Origin: Candidatus Firestoneibacteriota bacterium | Lineage (GTDB): Bacteria; Oederibacteriota; D2-FULL-39-29; JBBTED01 | DNA: 21,642 nt | Reading direction: 5' to 3' | Assembly (NCBI GenBank): GCA_038042445.1 | Contig: JBBTED010000036.1 | Coordinates: forward strand, 1 to 21,642 | Shown here: piece by piece, positions 1 through 8,631 of the stretch | Numbering within the stretch: position 1 is the stretch's first letter | Layout of the letters: every line of letters starts with the position of its first letter | The notes under the pieces: model-generated | Databases searched by the model: none | What the model saw: only the letters and a program-made list of their open reading frames with translations | What the model was told of the DNA's origin: nothing | Translations under genes and position numbers: made by a program

Positions 1-116
1 GTGGATATAAAATTTGGTATGACGCAACACAAAAACTATATCCATTCGGATACCCACATGCTTTCGTGGCAAACCAATTTCATCAATTCGTTATGATATT
101 TCGTAAAGAAAAATAA
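1..116 (+). CDS. 3' end of a probable N4-cytosine/N6-adenine DNA methyltransferase (partial, runs in from the left edge)
   Basis: Frame starting at base 3 is open to TAA at 114-116: GYKIWYDATQKLYPFGYPHAFVANQFHQFVMIFRKEK*. The IW...YP...H(Q/E)FxxIFRK pattern resembles amino-MTases, and the stop lies 2 nt before the putative REase start. Confidence 0.55.
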   Translation, partial: GYKIWYDATQKLYPFGYPHAFVANQFHQFVMIFRKEK

Positions 117-118
117 TT

Positions 119-1516
119 ATGAAAACAGAAAATAAAAATTTATGGATTTTAACAGAGGAAAGACCAAAACGAGATGTTATTGCTGATATTCTTTTGAAAT
201 TCGCAAACGATTATAAATTTGCTTGCTTCATTGATACTATTAGAATTTTGCCGATTTTAGAAAAAGGACGATTTGCATTTTTGTATGAGGTCGTCGGTTT
301 TCGTTGTAATAAAATTGAAAGAGTTTTTATAAAATCAATTAGCGGTTTTTCCAGTTTTGTTGATTTCTTGATTTTCTTTCAAGAAAAACAACCAACGCAA
401 ACAGATATTCCTGTTTATGCAATTGAAGAAACAAAAACCGATGATAAAGAAAGTCGGAATACAGGCGTATATCAACGTTCATCAAAATTTGTTTTTCTCG
501 ATTATTACTATCCGAACATAAAGAAATTAATGCTCTACAATCTACAAATAGAGCAAAAAGAAGTACCGACAGATACTTATATTTTTGGTACACGATTATT
601 GCTAACTCTTGGTGTGGAAATATTAGGCAAGAAATTAGATAGTAAAATTTTTCAGCCGTTTTGTTCAGTAGATGAGATTATTGCTCTTAAAAAAGTAATG
701 CGGAAGCCTCCAAAGGGCAACACCCCGATTTTGATTAAGAAAGTTGGCAATAAAATTACGGTTTCTGGCAGACTGTATAAATTAGGTGGACTTGCTCATG
801 ACCCAAATATCGGGGCATTAAGTTTGATTTGTGCCATTATTAGAAAATTAGGATGGAATGGTGAAATTATCATTACTAAACACGGTTTAAAACAAAAGCA
901 CATTCAATCCGGTAATAAATTTATAAAAATTGTCAATAAATTGAATGTAAAAATTCAAGGTCTTTTAATTCCCGTAAGTGAACATAGAGATAATTATTGG
1001 AAGTATGAAACAGAAGGTGAAAAATTAGGGACAATTTTTATTCATCTTGTTGTTGAAAACTTTACCAAGGGATATTCAATTTTTGAAAATCATGCAGGTT
1101 GCGAAAAGGGATATTTCATAACAAGAGATGGTAAGCATATCCCTCTTGAAAAATATTCAGATAGAAAAGCGTACAAATCCGGAAATAAAAACAAAATAAT
1201 CAGTATTCCAGATTTGATTTTAATTGATTTTGGCAGGAGTGAGGTTATTAATATTGAGGGTAAAAAATATCAATTTCGTCAAAACGGAATTGAGGAATTA
1301 AAAGGTTTCAGCGATATAGAGAGAACCTATATCAAAAAGTATTACCCGAAATTCAAAATTACTCGTACTGTTGTTTTGTATGGCGGAACGAAAATGAGAA
1401 TCATTGAAATTAAAGTAGGGTTTTTACTCAATGAAAACGGCGATTTGGTATTAGGCATAAAAGCACCGAAATTATTTAGGGAAGCAATAAAAAATTTACT
1501 TGATTTTTGGGCATAA
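119..1516 (+). CDS. Putative type II restriction endonuclease with two PD-(D/E)xK-like motifs
   Basis: 465-aa ORF with candidate catalytic motifs D82..E104-T-K106 and P364-D365..E380-G-K382, directly downstream of the MTase-like fragment. The HDPNIGALS and ENHAGCE.GYF segments recall BsmI/Mva1269I-type enzymes (from memory, unverified). Confidence 0.6.
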   Translation: MKTENKNLWILTEERPKRDVIADILLKFANDYKFACFIDTIRILPILEKGRFAFLYEVVGFRCNKIERVFIKSISGFSSFVDFLIFFQEKQPTQTDIPVYAIEETKTDDKESRNTGVYQRSSKFVFLDYYYPNIKKLMLYNLQIEQKEVPTDTYIFGTRLLLTLGVEILGKKLDSKIFQPFCSVDEIIALKKVMRKPPKGNTPILIKKVGNKITVSGRLYKLGGLAHDPNIGALSLICAIIRKLGWNGEIIITKHGLKQKHIQSGNKFIKIVNKLNVKIQGLLIPVSEHRDNYWKYETEGEKLGTIFIHLVVENFTKGYSIFENHAGCEKGYFITRDGKHIPLEKYSDRKAYKSGNKNKIISIPDLILIDFGRSEVINIEGKKYQFRQNGIEELKGFSDIERTYIKKYYPKFKITRTVVLYGGTKMRIIEIKVGFLLNENGDLVLGIKAPKLFREAIKNLLDFWA

Positions 1517-3898
1517 ATGCTTATGGAAATCCGAAAAATTACAACTATAAAAGCATACAAATCCTTTTCGGATTTTTCGTGGAGCAATTTTTGCAAAAAT
1601 GCTTCCAGCCAAGAGACAGTATTGCAAAAATTTAGTGTTGTTTTTGGTGAAAACGGAGCTGGTAAATCGGCAATTTGTGATATTTTCAAGAGTGTTTCTC
1701 AAACGCAAGATTTTCAGAATACTCCACCAACATTGGCAGAAGTGGAAATAAACGACGGAAGCAATAATCAAATCTACAAATACAAAAATGGAAATTGGTC
1801 AAGTCAAATTGACAAAAACGCCTTTTTGTTTTTTGATATTGATTTTGTTAATGCTAATGTCCATACGCATGGTGTAAGATCAAGTAATCTCCAACAAGGA
1901 GCGCATACTCAAAAAGCGGGTCAGCTTATCATCGATTTGGACGAGCAGGCAAACACATTAAAAAAAACGGTTAAGGCCAAAAAAGAAGAACTGGACGCTT
2001 TGGAAAAATATTGCACAGATATTTTAAGGCAGAAGTTTTTTGACAAAGATCAGGAGCTTTTTAAGACCTACGAAAAGATCGATGAAACAAGCCAAAAAGA
2101 CACTATTATCAAAACACAAGATGAACTGAAACAAATTGAAACAGCTCTTGTGTCCTTGCAGAAACTTAATAGGCAATATGCTGATATTGGCAAGTTGTCT
2201 GAAGTTGGAAAATTTATTTTTGACCTCGCTTTGCCCGATAAAAAGATTTTTATAGAATTATTTGGACGACAAATCAAAGAAAGGGCACAAGACAAATCGG
2301 ATGTAACAATCAAAGCACATTTTGAGAAGCATAAGAAGTTTATCGAGTTAGCAAAAAATGAAATCCCCACGAACTACCAAAACGAAAATTGTCCTTTGTG
2401 TATGCAACCTCTTGCAAACGCTTCAAGGGTCATTGAATATTACAGAGTGGTTTTTGATCAAACCTATGAAGATGAAAAACGGAAATTTTTGTCAAATATT
2501 CAAAGCACAAAAAATGAGCTGGAATTATTTAAACTCGCTTTAAATTCATTACCGGTTAAAATAACGACTGTTTTTGACGCTTTGGAAAAGATAAAGATTG
2601 ATTTTGAAATTCAAGATATTTACAAATTGGAAGAAAAAACGGAATGGGTGAAAAAGTTTAATGATGTTTCTATAGTTGAATTAGATGAATTACTTGTGGC
2701 GTTGGAATCGCTAAGAAGCATTGAACGAAAACAAATTGATGTGAAAAAAATTTATAGTGCAATCATTAAACAGTTTGAAGAAATAAAAAAGATGGTTGAA
2801 AGTTTGGATAAACTTGTTGTTGCCAAAAATAAAAACATAGTCGATTTTAAGCGTAAGTATTCCGACCAGAGCAAAATTACAAACGAAATCCAAGAAAAAA
2901 ATCAAAAACAGACGAAGTTGGAAGAATTAGTTGATTTTCTAAAAAGTGGGAAAATAAAACTCATCAAAAATCAAAATGAGGCTATCACAAAACAAAAAAC
3001 ATTATTGGGAGCTGTAAAGAAAGCGGAGGGTGAACGAGATGCTTATTTAACAAGCATTGTTCCAGAAAAAATTATAAAGCATATGATTGCGACGCTTGAT
3101 AAATTTAATCTAAACTTTATAATTGAACCGATCAAATCATCGTTACACACAAAAGATTATGTTTTTTCGTTCAAAATCAAAGATGGTAAAGATATTGAAA
3201 GAACTTTGAAAGATGGCTTATCTGAGGGTGAAAGACAACTTCTTTCTATAGCTTTCTTTTTTGCACTTCACGAAAATTTACAAAATAAGGAAAGTATTGT
3301 TTTGATTTTTGATGATCCAATAACTAGCTTGGATTCGCCAAACCTGAAAATTCTAGCTGAACTCATTCATAAGAAAACAAAGGAATTTGAACAGGTTATA
3401 GTTTTTACTCATCACCCTTTATTTTTCAAGTATTTGACGAAATGCGAACTCAGTCCATGCAAATTTGGTGTTTTGAAAAATGCCGACGCTTTTGGTGGCA
3501 GTTTTATGTTTTTTGATCCGGGTTTTAATTTAACGGCGGAAATGCAAAAATGCAATGAAGAAATAAATCAAAATGCCAAAAGCGGAAAGTTGAAACCAGA
3601 AGAAATCGCTTTGAAATATGGTCAACTTTTGCGTCTTGCTATTGAGAAATTTATCAAAAATGATTTGTTGATGTGGGATAAAGAAAAAAAGTTTGACGAA
3701 GTAACGGAAAACTTAAAGTATGGCAAAAATAAAATAGCCAAACTTTCCGATGATGATTTGGATGTAATGACGAATATGTACAAATACTGTAATTATTCAA
3801 ATCTTTTGCATGCTGACAAAGAAACGCCATCCGCACTTTCGGAACTAATGGCACACATTGATAAATTTGTTAAGATTTTAGACAGGGTAAGGGTATAA
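1517..3898 (+). CDS. RloC-like (AAA_13) ABC ATPase with coiled coil, zinc hook and C-terminal HEPN-like domain; putative anticodon nuclease
   Basis: Walker A GENGAGKS; central CPLC zinc hook within a long coiled coil; signature LSEGERQ; Walker B/D-loop VLIFDDPITSLD; H-loop FTHH; C-terminal GQLLRLAIEKF ... NYSNLLH, resembling HEPN motifs. The start could be 1517 or 1523. Confidence 0.75.
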   Translation: MLMEIRKITTIKAYKSFSDFSWSNFCKNASSQETVLQKFSVVFGENGAGKSAICDIFKSVSQTQDFQNTPPTLAEVEINDGSNNQIYKYKNGNWSSQIDKNAFLFFDIDFVNANVHTHGVRSSNLQQGAHTQKAGQLIIDLDEQANTLKKTVKAKKEELDALEKYCTDILRQKFFDKDQELFKTYEKIDETSQKDTIIKTQDELKQIETALVSLQKLNRQYADIGKLSEVGKFIFDLALPDKKIFIELFGRQIKERAQDKSDVTIKAHFEKHKKFIELAKNEIPTNYQNENCPLCMQPLANASRVIEYYRVVFDQTYEDEKRKFLSNIQSTKNELELFKLALNSLPVKITTVFDALEKIKIDFEIQDIYKLEEKTEWVKKFNDVSIVELDELLVALESLRSIERKQIDVKKIYSAIIKQFEEIKKMVESLDKLVVAKNKNIVDFKRKYSDQSKITNEIQEKNQKQTKLEELVDFLKSGKIKLIKNQNEAITKQKTLLGAVKKAEGERDAYLTSIVPEKIIKHMIATLDKFNLNFIIEPIKSSLHTKDYVFSFKIKDGKDIERTLKDGLSEGERQLLSIAFFFALHENLQNKESIVLIFDDPITSLDSPNLKILAELIHKKTKEFEQVIVFTHHPLFFKYLTKCELSPCKFGVLKNADAFGGSFMFFDPGFNLTAEMQKCNEEINQNAKSGKLKPEEIALKYGQLLRLAIEKFIKNDLLMWDKEKKFDEVTENLKYGKNKIAKLSDDDLDVMTNMYKYCNYSNLLHADKETPSALSELMAHIDKFVKILDRVRV

Positions 3899-3918
3899 AA
3901 TGTTGATAAAACAATACT

Positions 3919-3951
3919 CTGGATACCCGATTACTACATTCGGGTATGACA
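3919..3951 (-). repeat. TGTC/CGTC-tagged palindromic repeat, copy A
   Basis: CTGG-ATACCCGA-ttactacat-TCGGGTAT-GACA: perfect 8-bp stem with 9-nt loop; homologous to the copies at 7090, 7148 and 19271. Confidence 0.85.
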
Positions 3952-4000
3952 AAACTACAGAAATATCATTTTGGGGAATTTCTGAACAAATAAAATAATG

Positions 4001-4030
4001 TTGGAAAAAATATGTAATATATGTTATTAT
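4001..4030 (+). promoter_or_regulatory. Possible sigma70-type promoter for glnA
   Basis: TTGGAA (4001-4006), 18-nt spacer, TGn-TATTAT (4022-4030). The AT-rich background makes chance matches likely. Confidence 0.35.
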
Positions 4031-4106
4031 TCACACCATAAATCCAGATGAAAAATTCTAAAATAGAAAAAGTATAAATATTAACCAGTAAAATCGGAGG
4101 TGGGAA

Positions 4107-5432
4107 ATGGCGTTAACGAAAGCAGAAGTATTAAAAATAGTAAAGCAGAAAAAAGTAAAGTTTGTGAAGTTGTGGTTTGTAGATATTCAGGGGCAGTTGA
4201 AAAATTTTTCAATAAGTATAAATGAACTTGATAAGGCATTAGATGAAGGTATGGGTTTTGATGGTTCTTGTATAGAAGGGTTTGCGCGAATTTTTGAAAG
4301 TGATTTAGTTGCGAAACCTATTCCTTCTACTTTTACTATTTTGCCATGGAGGCCTTCTGAATCAGCAGTTGCCGGAATGTTTTGTGATATTTTAAATCCT
4401 GATGGAACTCCTTATGAGGGTGACACAAGATATGTTTTAAAACGAAATCTTGAAACCTTGCATAAAATGGGTCTTACATTTTATGTTGGACCGGAATTAG
4501 AATATTTTTATTTCAAAAATGATAAGGGAACAGAGGTTTTAGATAATGGCGGATATTTTGATGCGTTACCTCTTGATGAAGCACGTGATTTGCGCAGAGA
4601 TACAATTTTGTATCTTGAACAAATGGGAATAAATGTAGAATATAGTCATCATGAAGTTGCACCTTCGCAGCATGAGATAGATTTACGTTATACTGATGCT
4701 CTTACAATGGCGGATAATGTGATAATATATAAGATGGTAGTTAAGGAAGTAGCATGGCAAAAAGGATGTTATGCTTCATTTATGCCAAAGCCAATGTTTG
4801 GAGTAAATGGCAGTGGTATGCATACTCACCAGTCTTTGTTCAAGGGACCTCGTAATGCATTTTATGAGTTAAAGGATAAATATCATCTTTCGCAGGCAGG
4901 AAAATCTTACATAGCAGGAATATTAAAACATGTTGCGGAAATGACTGCTGTTTTTAATCAATGGGTGAATTCATATAAACGTTTGGTTCCTGGTTATGAA
5001 GCTCCTGCATATATTTCATGGGCAAGAAGAAATCGTTCTGCATTGGTGAGAGTTCCAATGTATAAACCGGGTAAGGAAAATGAGACTAGAATAGAATTAA
5101 GAAGTCCTGACCCATCCTGTAATCCGTATTTGGCGTTTTCACTTATGCTTGCTGCCGGGTTAGATGGAATGAAAAATAATTATAAATTAGCAGAGCCTGT
5201 GGAACGTGATATATTTATTATGGATGAAGGCGAACTTGAAAGAGAGAACATAAAATGTCTGCCTGGAAGCTTAATTGAAGCAGTTACTTTATTTGAAAAA
5301 AGTGTTTTGGCGAAAAAAGTTTTAGGTGACCATATATTCCACAAGTTTATTGAGAATAAAAAAATTGAATGGGATAAATATCGTATGCAGGTAACAAACT
5401 ACGAAATACAAGAGTATCTTCCGATACTATAA
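4107..5432 (+). CDS. glnA: Glutamine synthetase, type I (GSI-alpha-like)
   Basis: FDGSCIEGF, GPELEYF, HHEVAPSQHEID, FMPKPMFGVNGSGMHTHQSL, SYKRLVPGYEAP, NRSALVRVP and RIELRSPDPSCNPYL motifs; GGAGG RBS just upstream. Confidence 0.97.
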   Translation: MALTKAEVLKIVKQKKVKFVKLWFVDIQGQLKNFSISINELDKALDEGMGFDGSCIEGFARIFESDLVAKPIPSTFTILPWRPSESAVAGMFCDILNPDGTPYEGDTRYVLKRNLETLHKMGLTFYVGPELEYFYFKNDKGTEVLDNGGYFDALPLDEARDLRRDTILYLEQMGINVEYSHHEVAPSQHEIDLRYTDALTMADNVIIYKMVVKEVAWQKGCYASFMPKPMFGVNGSGMHTHQSLFKGPRNAFYELKDKYHLSQAGKSYIAGILKHVAEMTAVFNQWVNSYKRLVPGYEAPAYISWARRNRSALVRVPMYKPGKENETRIELRSPDPSCNPYLAFSLMLAAGLDGMKNNYKLAEPVERDIFIMDEGELERENIKCLPGSLIEAVTLFEKSVLAKKVLGDHIFHKFIENKKIEWDKYRMQVTNYEIQEYLPIL

Positions 5433-5456
5433 CCATATAAAAACAGGAGGAGATTT

Positions 5457-7058
5457 ATGAATTTGCAAAGGCCAAATGCTAATGATATGAATGAAACAAG
5501 AAATCGGTCGCGTGATATATCGCCGAGTTCAGGTATATGCACACGTTGTCTTGATGATTGTACTGGAAATTGTGAAACTTTTAAAGCATCATTTCGTGGT
5601 AGAGAAGTGATTTATCCGGGGCCTTTTGGACATTTAACTGCAGGAAATGATAAACAATATCCAATTGATTATTCGCATCTAAATATAATGGGATATGCAC
5701 TTGGAGCAAAAGCAATAGATGAAGCAAATCCTGATAAAGCAATTTTTCCTGGAGTAGATACAGCTACAGTATATGGACATACACATCCTGTACGTATGAA
5801 AATGCCTATTTTTACAGGTGCACTTGGTTCAACTGATATAGCCCGTAAACATTGGGATAGTTTTGCAGTTGGTGCTGCAATTTCTGGTATTTCATTAGTG
5901 ATTGGTGAGAATGTTTGTGGTATTGACCCAAAACTTGAATTAACAAGTGATGGAAAAGTTAAAAAATCACCTGAAATGGAACGCAGAGTAAAATTATATA
6001 AAGATTGGCAGGAACAACATGGTGATATAATAGTACAGATGAATGTGGAAGACAGCAGATTAGGTGTTGCTAATTATGTTGTTAATGAACTTGGTGTTGA
6101 GACTATAGAATTGAAATGGGGGCAAGGTGCTAAATGTATTGGTGGTGAAATTAAAATTAAGAGTTTAGAAATGGCACTTGAACTTCAAAAACGTGGTTAT
6201 ATTGTTACACCAAATCCTTCGAATAAAGCTGTGCAAACTGCTTTTAAAAGCGGTGCAATTAAAGAGTTTGAAAGACATTCGCGTTTAGGGTTTATAGATA
6301 AAGAAGAATTTTTGCGAACAGTTGAATATTTGCGCAGAACTGTTGGAGCAAAGAGAGTAAGTTTAAAAACAGGTGCTTATGGTTTTCGTGAATTAGCTAT
6401 GGCAATAAAATGGTCATCAGAAGCTCGCGTGGATTTACTTACTATTGATGGTGCAAGTGGAGGAACTGGAATGAGTCCATGGAGAATGATGCAGGAGTGG
6501 GGTATTCCTACTTTTTATTTGCAATCAATGGCTCATCAATGTGCTCAGAAACTTGCTACACGTGGAGAATGGGTTCCTGATTTAGCAATGGCAGGTGGTT
6601 TTTCAACAGAAGATCATATCTTTAAAATACTTGCAATGGGTGCCCCATATTTTAAAGCAGTATGTATGGGACGTGCTTTAATGATACCAGGATTTGTTGG
6701 CGATAATATTGAAAAAGCGATTACAGGTAAAGGTAGTGGAAACTGGGATAAATTACCAGCTACTGTGTCAAAATTTGGCGAGACGCCGGAACAGATTTTT
6801 GTTGCATATTCTACTCTTGCAGAGAAATATGGAAAGAAGATTAAAGAAATTCCATTTGGTGCAATTGCTATATATACTTTGGTGGATAAATTAAAAGTGG
6901 GTTTAACTCAGTTAATGGCTGGTGCACGAAGCTTTCGTTTGGATACATTGAAAAGAGAAGATGTCGTAGCTCTTACAGAAGAAGCTGCAAAAGTTTCTGG
7001 AGTTTCTTATGTTATGGATGCATATAAAGAAGAAGCAGAAAAGATTTTAGAATCTTAA
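5457..7058 (+). CDS. FMN-binding glutamate synthase family protein (stand-alone GltB synthase-domain type)
   Basis: IELKWGQGAK, VSLKTG, LLTIDGASGGTG, LAMAGGF and KILAMGA...VCMGRA motifs; N-terminal Cys cluster CTRCLDDCTGNC; AGGAGG RBS. Confidence 0.88.
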   Translation: MNLQRPNANDMNETRNRSRDISPSSGICTRCLDDCTGNCETFKASFRGREVIYPGPFGHLTAGNDKQYPIDYSHLNIMGYALGAKAIDEANPDKAIFPGVDTATVYGHTHPVRMKMPIFTGALGSTDIARKHWDSFAVGAAISGISLVIGENVCGIDPKLELTSDGKVKKSPEMERRVKLYKDWQEQHGDIIVQMNVEDSRLGVANYVVNELGVETIELKWGQGAKCIGGEIKIKSLEMALELQKRGYIVTPNPSNKAVQTAFKSGAIKEFERHSRLGFIDKEEFLRTVEYLRRTVGAKRVSLKTGAYGFRELAMAIKWSSEARVDLLTIDGASGGTGMSPWRMMQEWGIPTFYLQSMAHQCAQKLATRGEWVPDLAMAGGFSTEDHIFKILAMGAPYFKAVCMGRALMIPGFVGDNIEKAITGKGSGNWDKLPATVSKFGETPEQIFVAYSTLAEKYGKKIKEIPFGAIAIYTLVDKLKVGLTQLMAGARSFRLDTLKREDVVALTEEAAKVSGVSYVMDAYKEEAEKILES

Positions 7059-7065
7059 GTAATCA

Positions 7066-7088
7066 GACTGTTGAAATAGTCGTTTTTT
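7066..7088 (+). terminator. Weak intrinsic terminator-like hairpin, or left end of a miniature element
   Basis: GACTGT-tgaa-ATAGTC stem followed by GTTTTTT, just after the glutamate synthase stop codon. Confidence 0.35.
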
Positions 7089-7089
7089 G

Positions 7090-7179
7090 TGTCATTTCCG
7101 CGAAGGCGGGAATCCAGTGTTTTTAAAATACCAGTAAAATAAGACGTTGGATGTTCGATTAATACACTCGGGTATGACA
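7090..7179. repeat. Inverted pair of TGTC-tagged hairpin repeats (copies B 7090-7117 and C 7148-7179), REPIN-like
   Basis: TGTC-ATTTCCGC-gaag-GCGGGAAT-CCAG, a spacer of about 30 nt, then TGG-ATGTTCGA-ttaatacac-TCGGGTAT-GACA in the opposite orientation. Confidence 0.85.
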
Positions 7180-7216
7180 AAAATGTAATTTAGTTTTTTT
7201 TGTTGGAGGGTTAAAA

Positions 7217-8566
7217 ATTTTACGCGAAGAGTGTGGCGTTTTTGGGATTTATGGGCACAAAGAAGCTGCTAAATTAACTTATCTTGGGTTATATGCACTT
7301 CAGCATAGAGGTCAGGAAAGCACAGGTATAGCTACATCTGATGGTAAAAATATTTATTCTGTTTTAAGTATGGGGCTTGTAGCTGATGCTTTTTCTGAAG
7401 ATTCATTTAAAAAACTCATTGGGTTTAATGCTATAGGTCATTGTCGTTATTCAACTACGGGGGAAAGTAATGTAAGAAATATTCAGCCAATATGTATAAA
7501 TTATGGCAGAGGTTCTCTTGCATTGGCGCATAATGGAAATCTTATAAATGCAGTAAGTTTAAGACGAAAACTTGAAGCAGAGGGTTCTATTTTTTCCTCA
7601 ACCAGTGATAGCGAAGTTATTGTTCATCTTATAGCCAGATCCAAAAAGAAAAAGTTTGCTGATGCTTTGGTAGATGCTCTTAAACAAATTAAAGGTGCGT
7701 ATTCACTTCTTGTAATGACTGAAGATGAATTATTCGCTGTTTGTGATCCTTATGGAATTAGGCCATTGTCTATTGCTACGATAAATGGTTCATGGGTGTT
7801 TGCTTCAGAAACTTGTGCTTTTGATTTGGTTGGTGCAAAATATATCAGAGCAGTAAAACCTGGAGAAGTTGTGAGGGTTAATAAAAATGGAATGTCATCA
7901 ATTTCTATAGGTAAAACTAAACGATATGGACATTGCATTTTTGAGTTTATATATTTTTCCAGACCTGACAGTTTGATTTTTGATATTAGTGTTCAGGAAG
8001 CAAGGGATAAACTTGGGATGGAACTTTTTAAAGAACATCCTGCTATAGCTGATATTGTTATACCTGTTCCGGATTCAAGCACTTCTGCTGCTATAGGATA
8101 TTCAAAAGCTTCTAAGATTCCGTTTGAAATGGGGCTTATCAGAAATCACTATATAGGCAGAACATTTATTGAGCCGGAGCAATCCATAAGAGATTTTGGA
8201 GCAAAAATAAAATATAATCCTGTGAAAAGACTTTTAGATGGCAAAAGAATTGTGGTTGTAGATGATTCAATAGTTCGTGGTACAACAAGCAGGAAAATAG
8301 TTAAACTTTTAAGAAAAGCAGGTGCAAAAGAAATTCACTGGAGAATTAGTTGTCCTCCAATAACCTATCCTTGTTTTTACGGAATTGATACACCATTGCG
8401 TTCTGAATTAATAGGAGCTACGCATACTGTTGAAGAAATAAGAAAGTATTTACATGTGGAAAGTTTGGGATATTTAAGTGCTGAAGGTTTATTAAGAAGT
8501 GTTAATGGTAATAAAAATCAATATTGCCTTGCTTGTTTTAATGGTGATTATCCGTTGAAAAATTAA
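7217..8566 (+). CDS. purF: Amidophosphoribosyltransferase; true start upstream of the ORF-track ATG at 7370
   Basis: The in-frame upstream sequence encodes LREECGVFGIYGH...LYALQHRGQESTGI, including the catalytic N-terminal Cys at 7232-7234. Downstream motifs: GHCRYST, AHNGNL, CIFEFIYFSRPDS, VVVDDSIVRGTT, PCFYGID, CLACFNG. GGAGG at 7205-7209 precedes ATT at 7217. Confidence 0.95.
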   Translation: MLREECGVFGIYGHKEAAKLTYLGLYALQHRGQESTGIATSDGKNIYSVLSMGLVADAFSEDSFKKLIGFNAIGHCRYSTTGESNVRNIQPICINYGRGSLALAHNGNLINAVSLRRKLEAEGSIFSSTSDSEVIVHLIARSKKKKFADALVDALKQIKGAYSLLVMTEDELFAVCDPYGIRPLSIATINGSWVFASETCAFDLVGAKYIRAVKPGEVVRVNKNGMSSISIGKTKRYGHCIFEFIYFSRPDSLIFDISVQEARDKLGMELFKEHPAIADIVIPVPDSSTSAAIGYSKASKIPFEMGLIRNHYIGRTFIEPEQSIRDFGAKIKYNPVKRLLDGKRIVVVDDSIVRGTTSRKIVKLLRKAGAKEIHWRISCPPITYPCFYGIDTPLRSELIGATHTVEEIRKYLHVESLGYLSAEGLLRSVNGNKNQYCLACFNGDYPLKN

Positions 8567-8594
8567 AATTACAAAAAACGCAAAACGTAAAGAA
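8558..8594. repeat. A-tract heptamer-like repeat remnant
   Basis: AAAAATT-AAAATTA..AAAAACG-CAAAACG-TAAAGAA; 8575-8586 is the exact reverse complement of 12993-13004. Confidence 0.5.
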
Positions 8595-8598
8595 TTAT

Positions 8599-8623
8599 CG
8601 TGGGATTGTAATCCCATCGCTGC
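8599..8623 (-). repeat. GTAG-like (GCAG-tagged) REP hairpin before carA
   Basis: The minus strand reads GCAG-CGATGGGAT-taca-ATCCCA-CG, with a TGGGAT/ATCCCA stem. Confidence 0.5.
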
Positions 8624-8631
8624 CAAATAAA

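Noticed and set aside
4013..4040. Possible GlnR/TnrA box upstream of glnA
   Set aside because: TGTAA and TGTTA half sites are present, but there is no TNACA at the required 7-nt spacing.
5195..5235. Missing adenylylation Tyr in GlnA (DIFIM instead of NLYDL)
   Set aside because: GSI-alpha enzymes are generally not regulated by adenylylation, so this is unremarkable.
7370..7372. ORF-track ATG start for purF
   Set aside because: Starting here would omit the catalytic N-terminal Cys and the QHRGQES motif, which are encoded in frame upstream.
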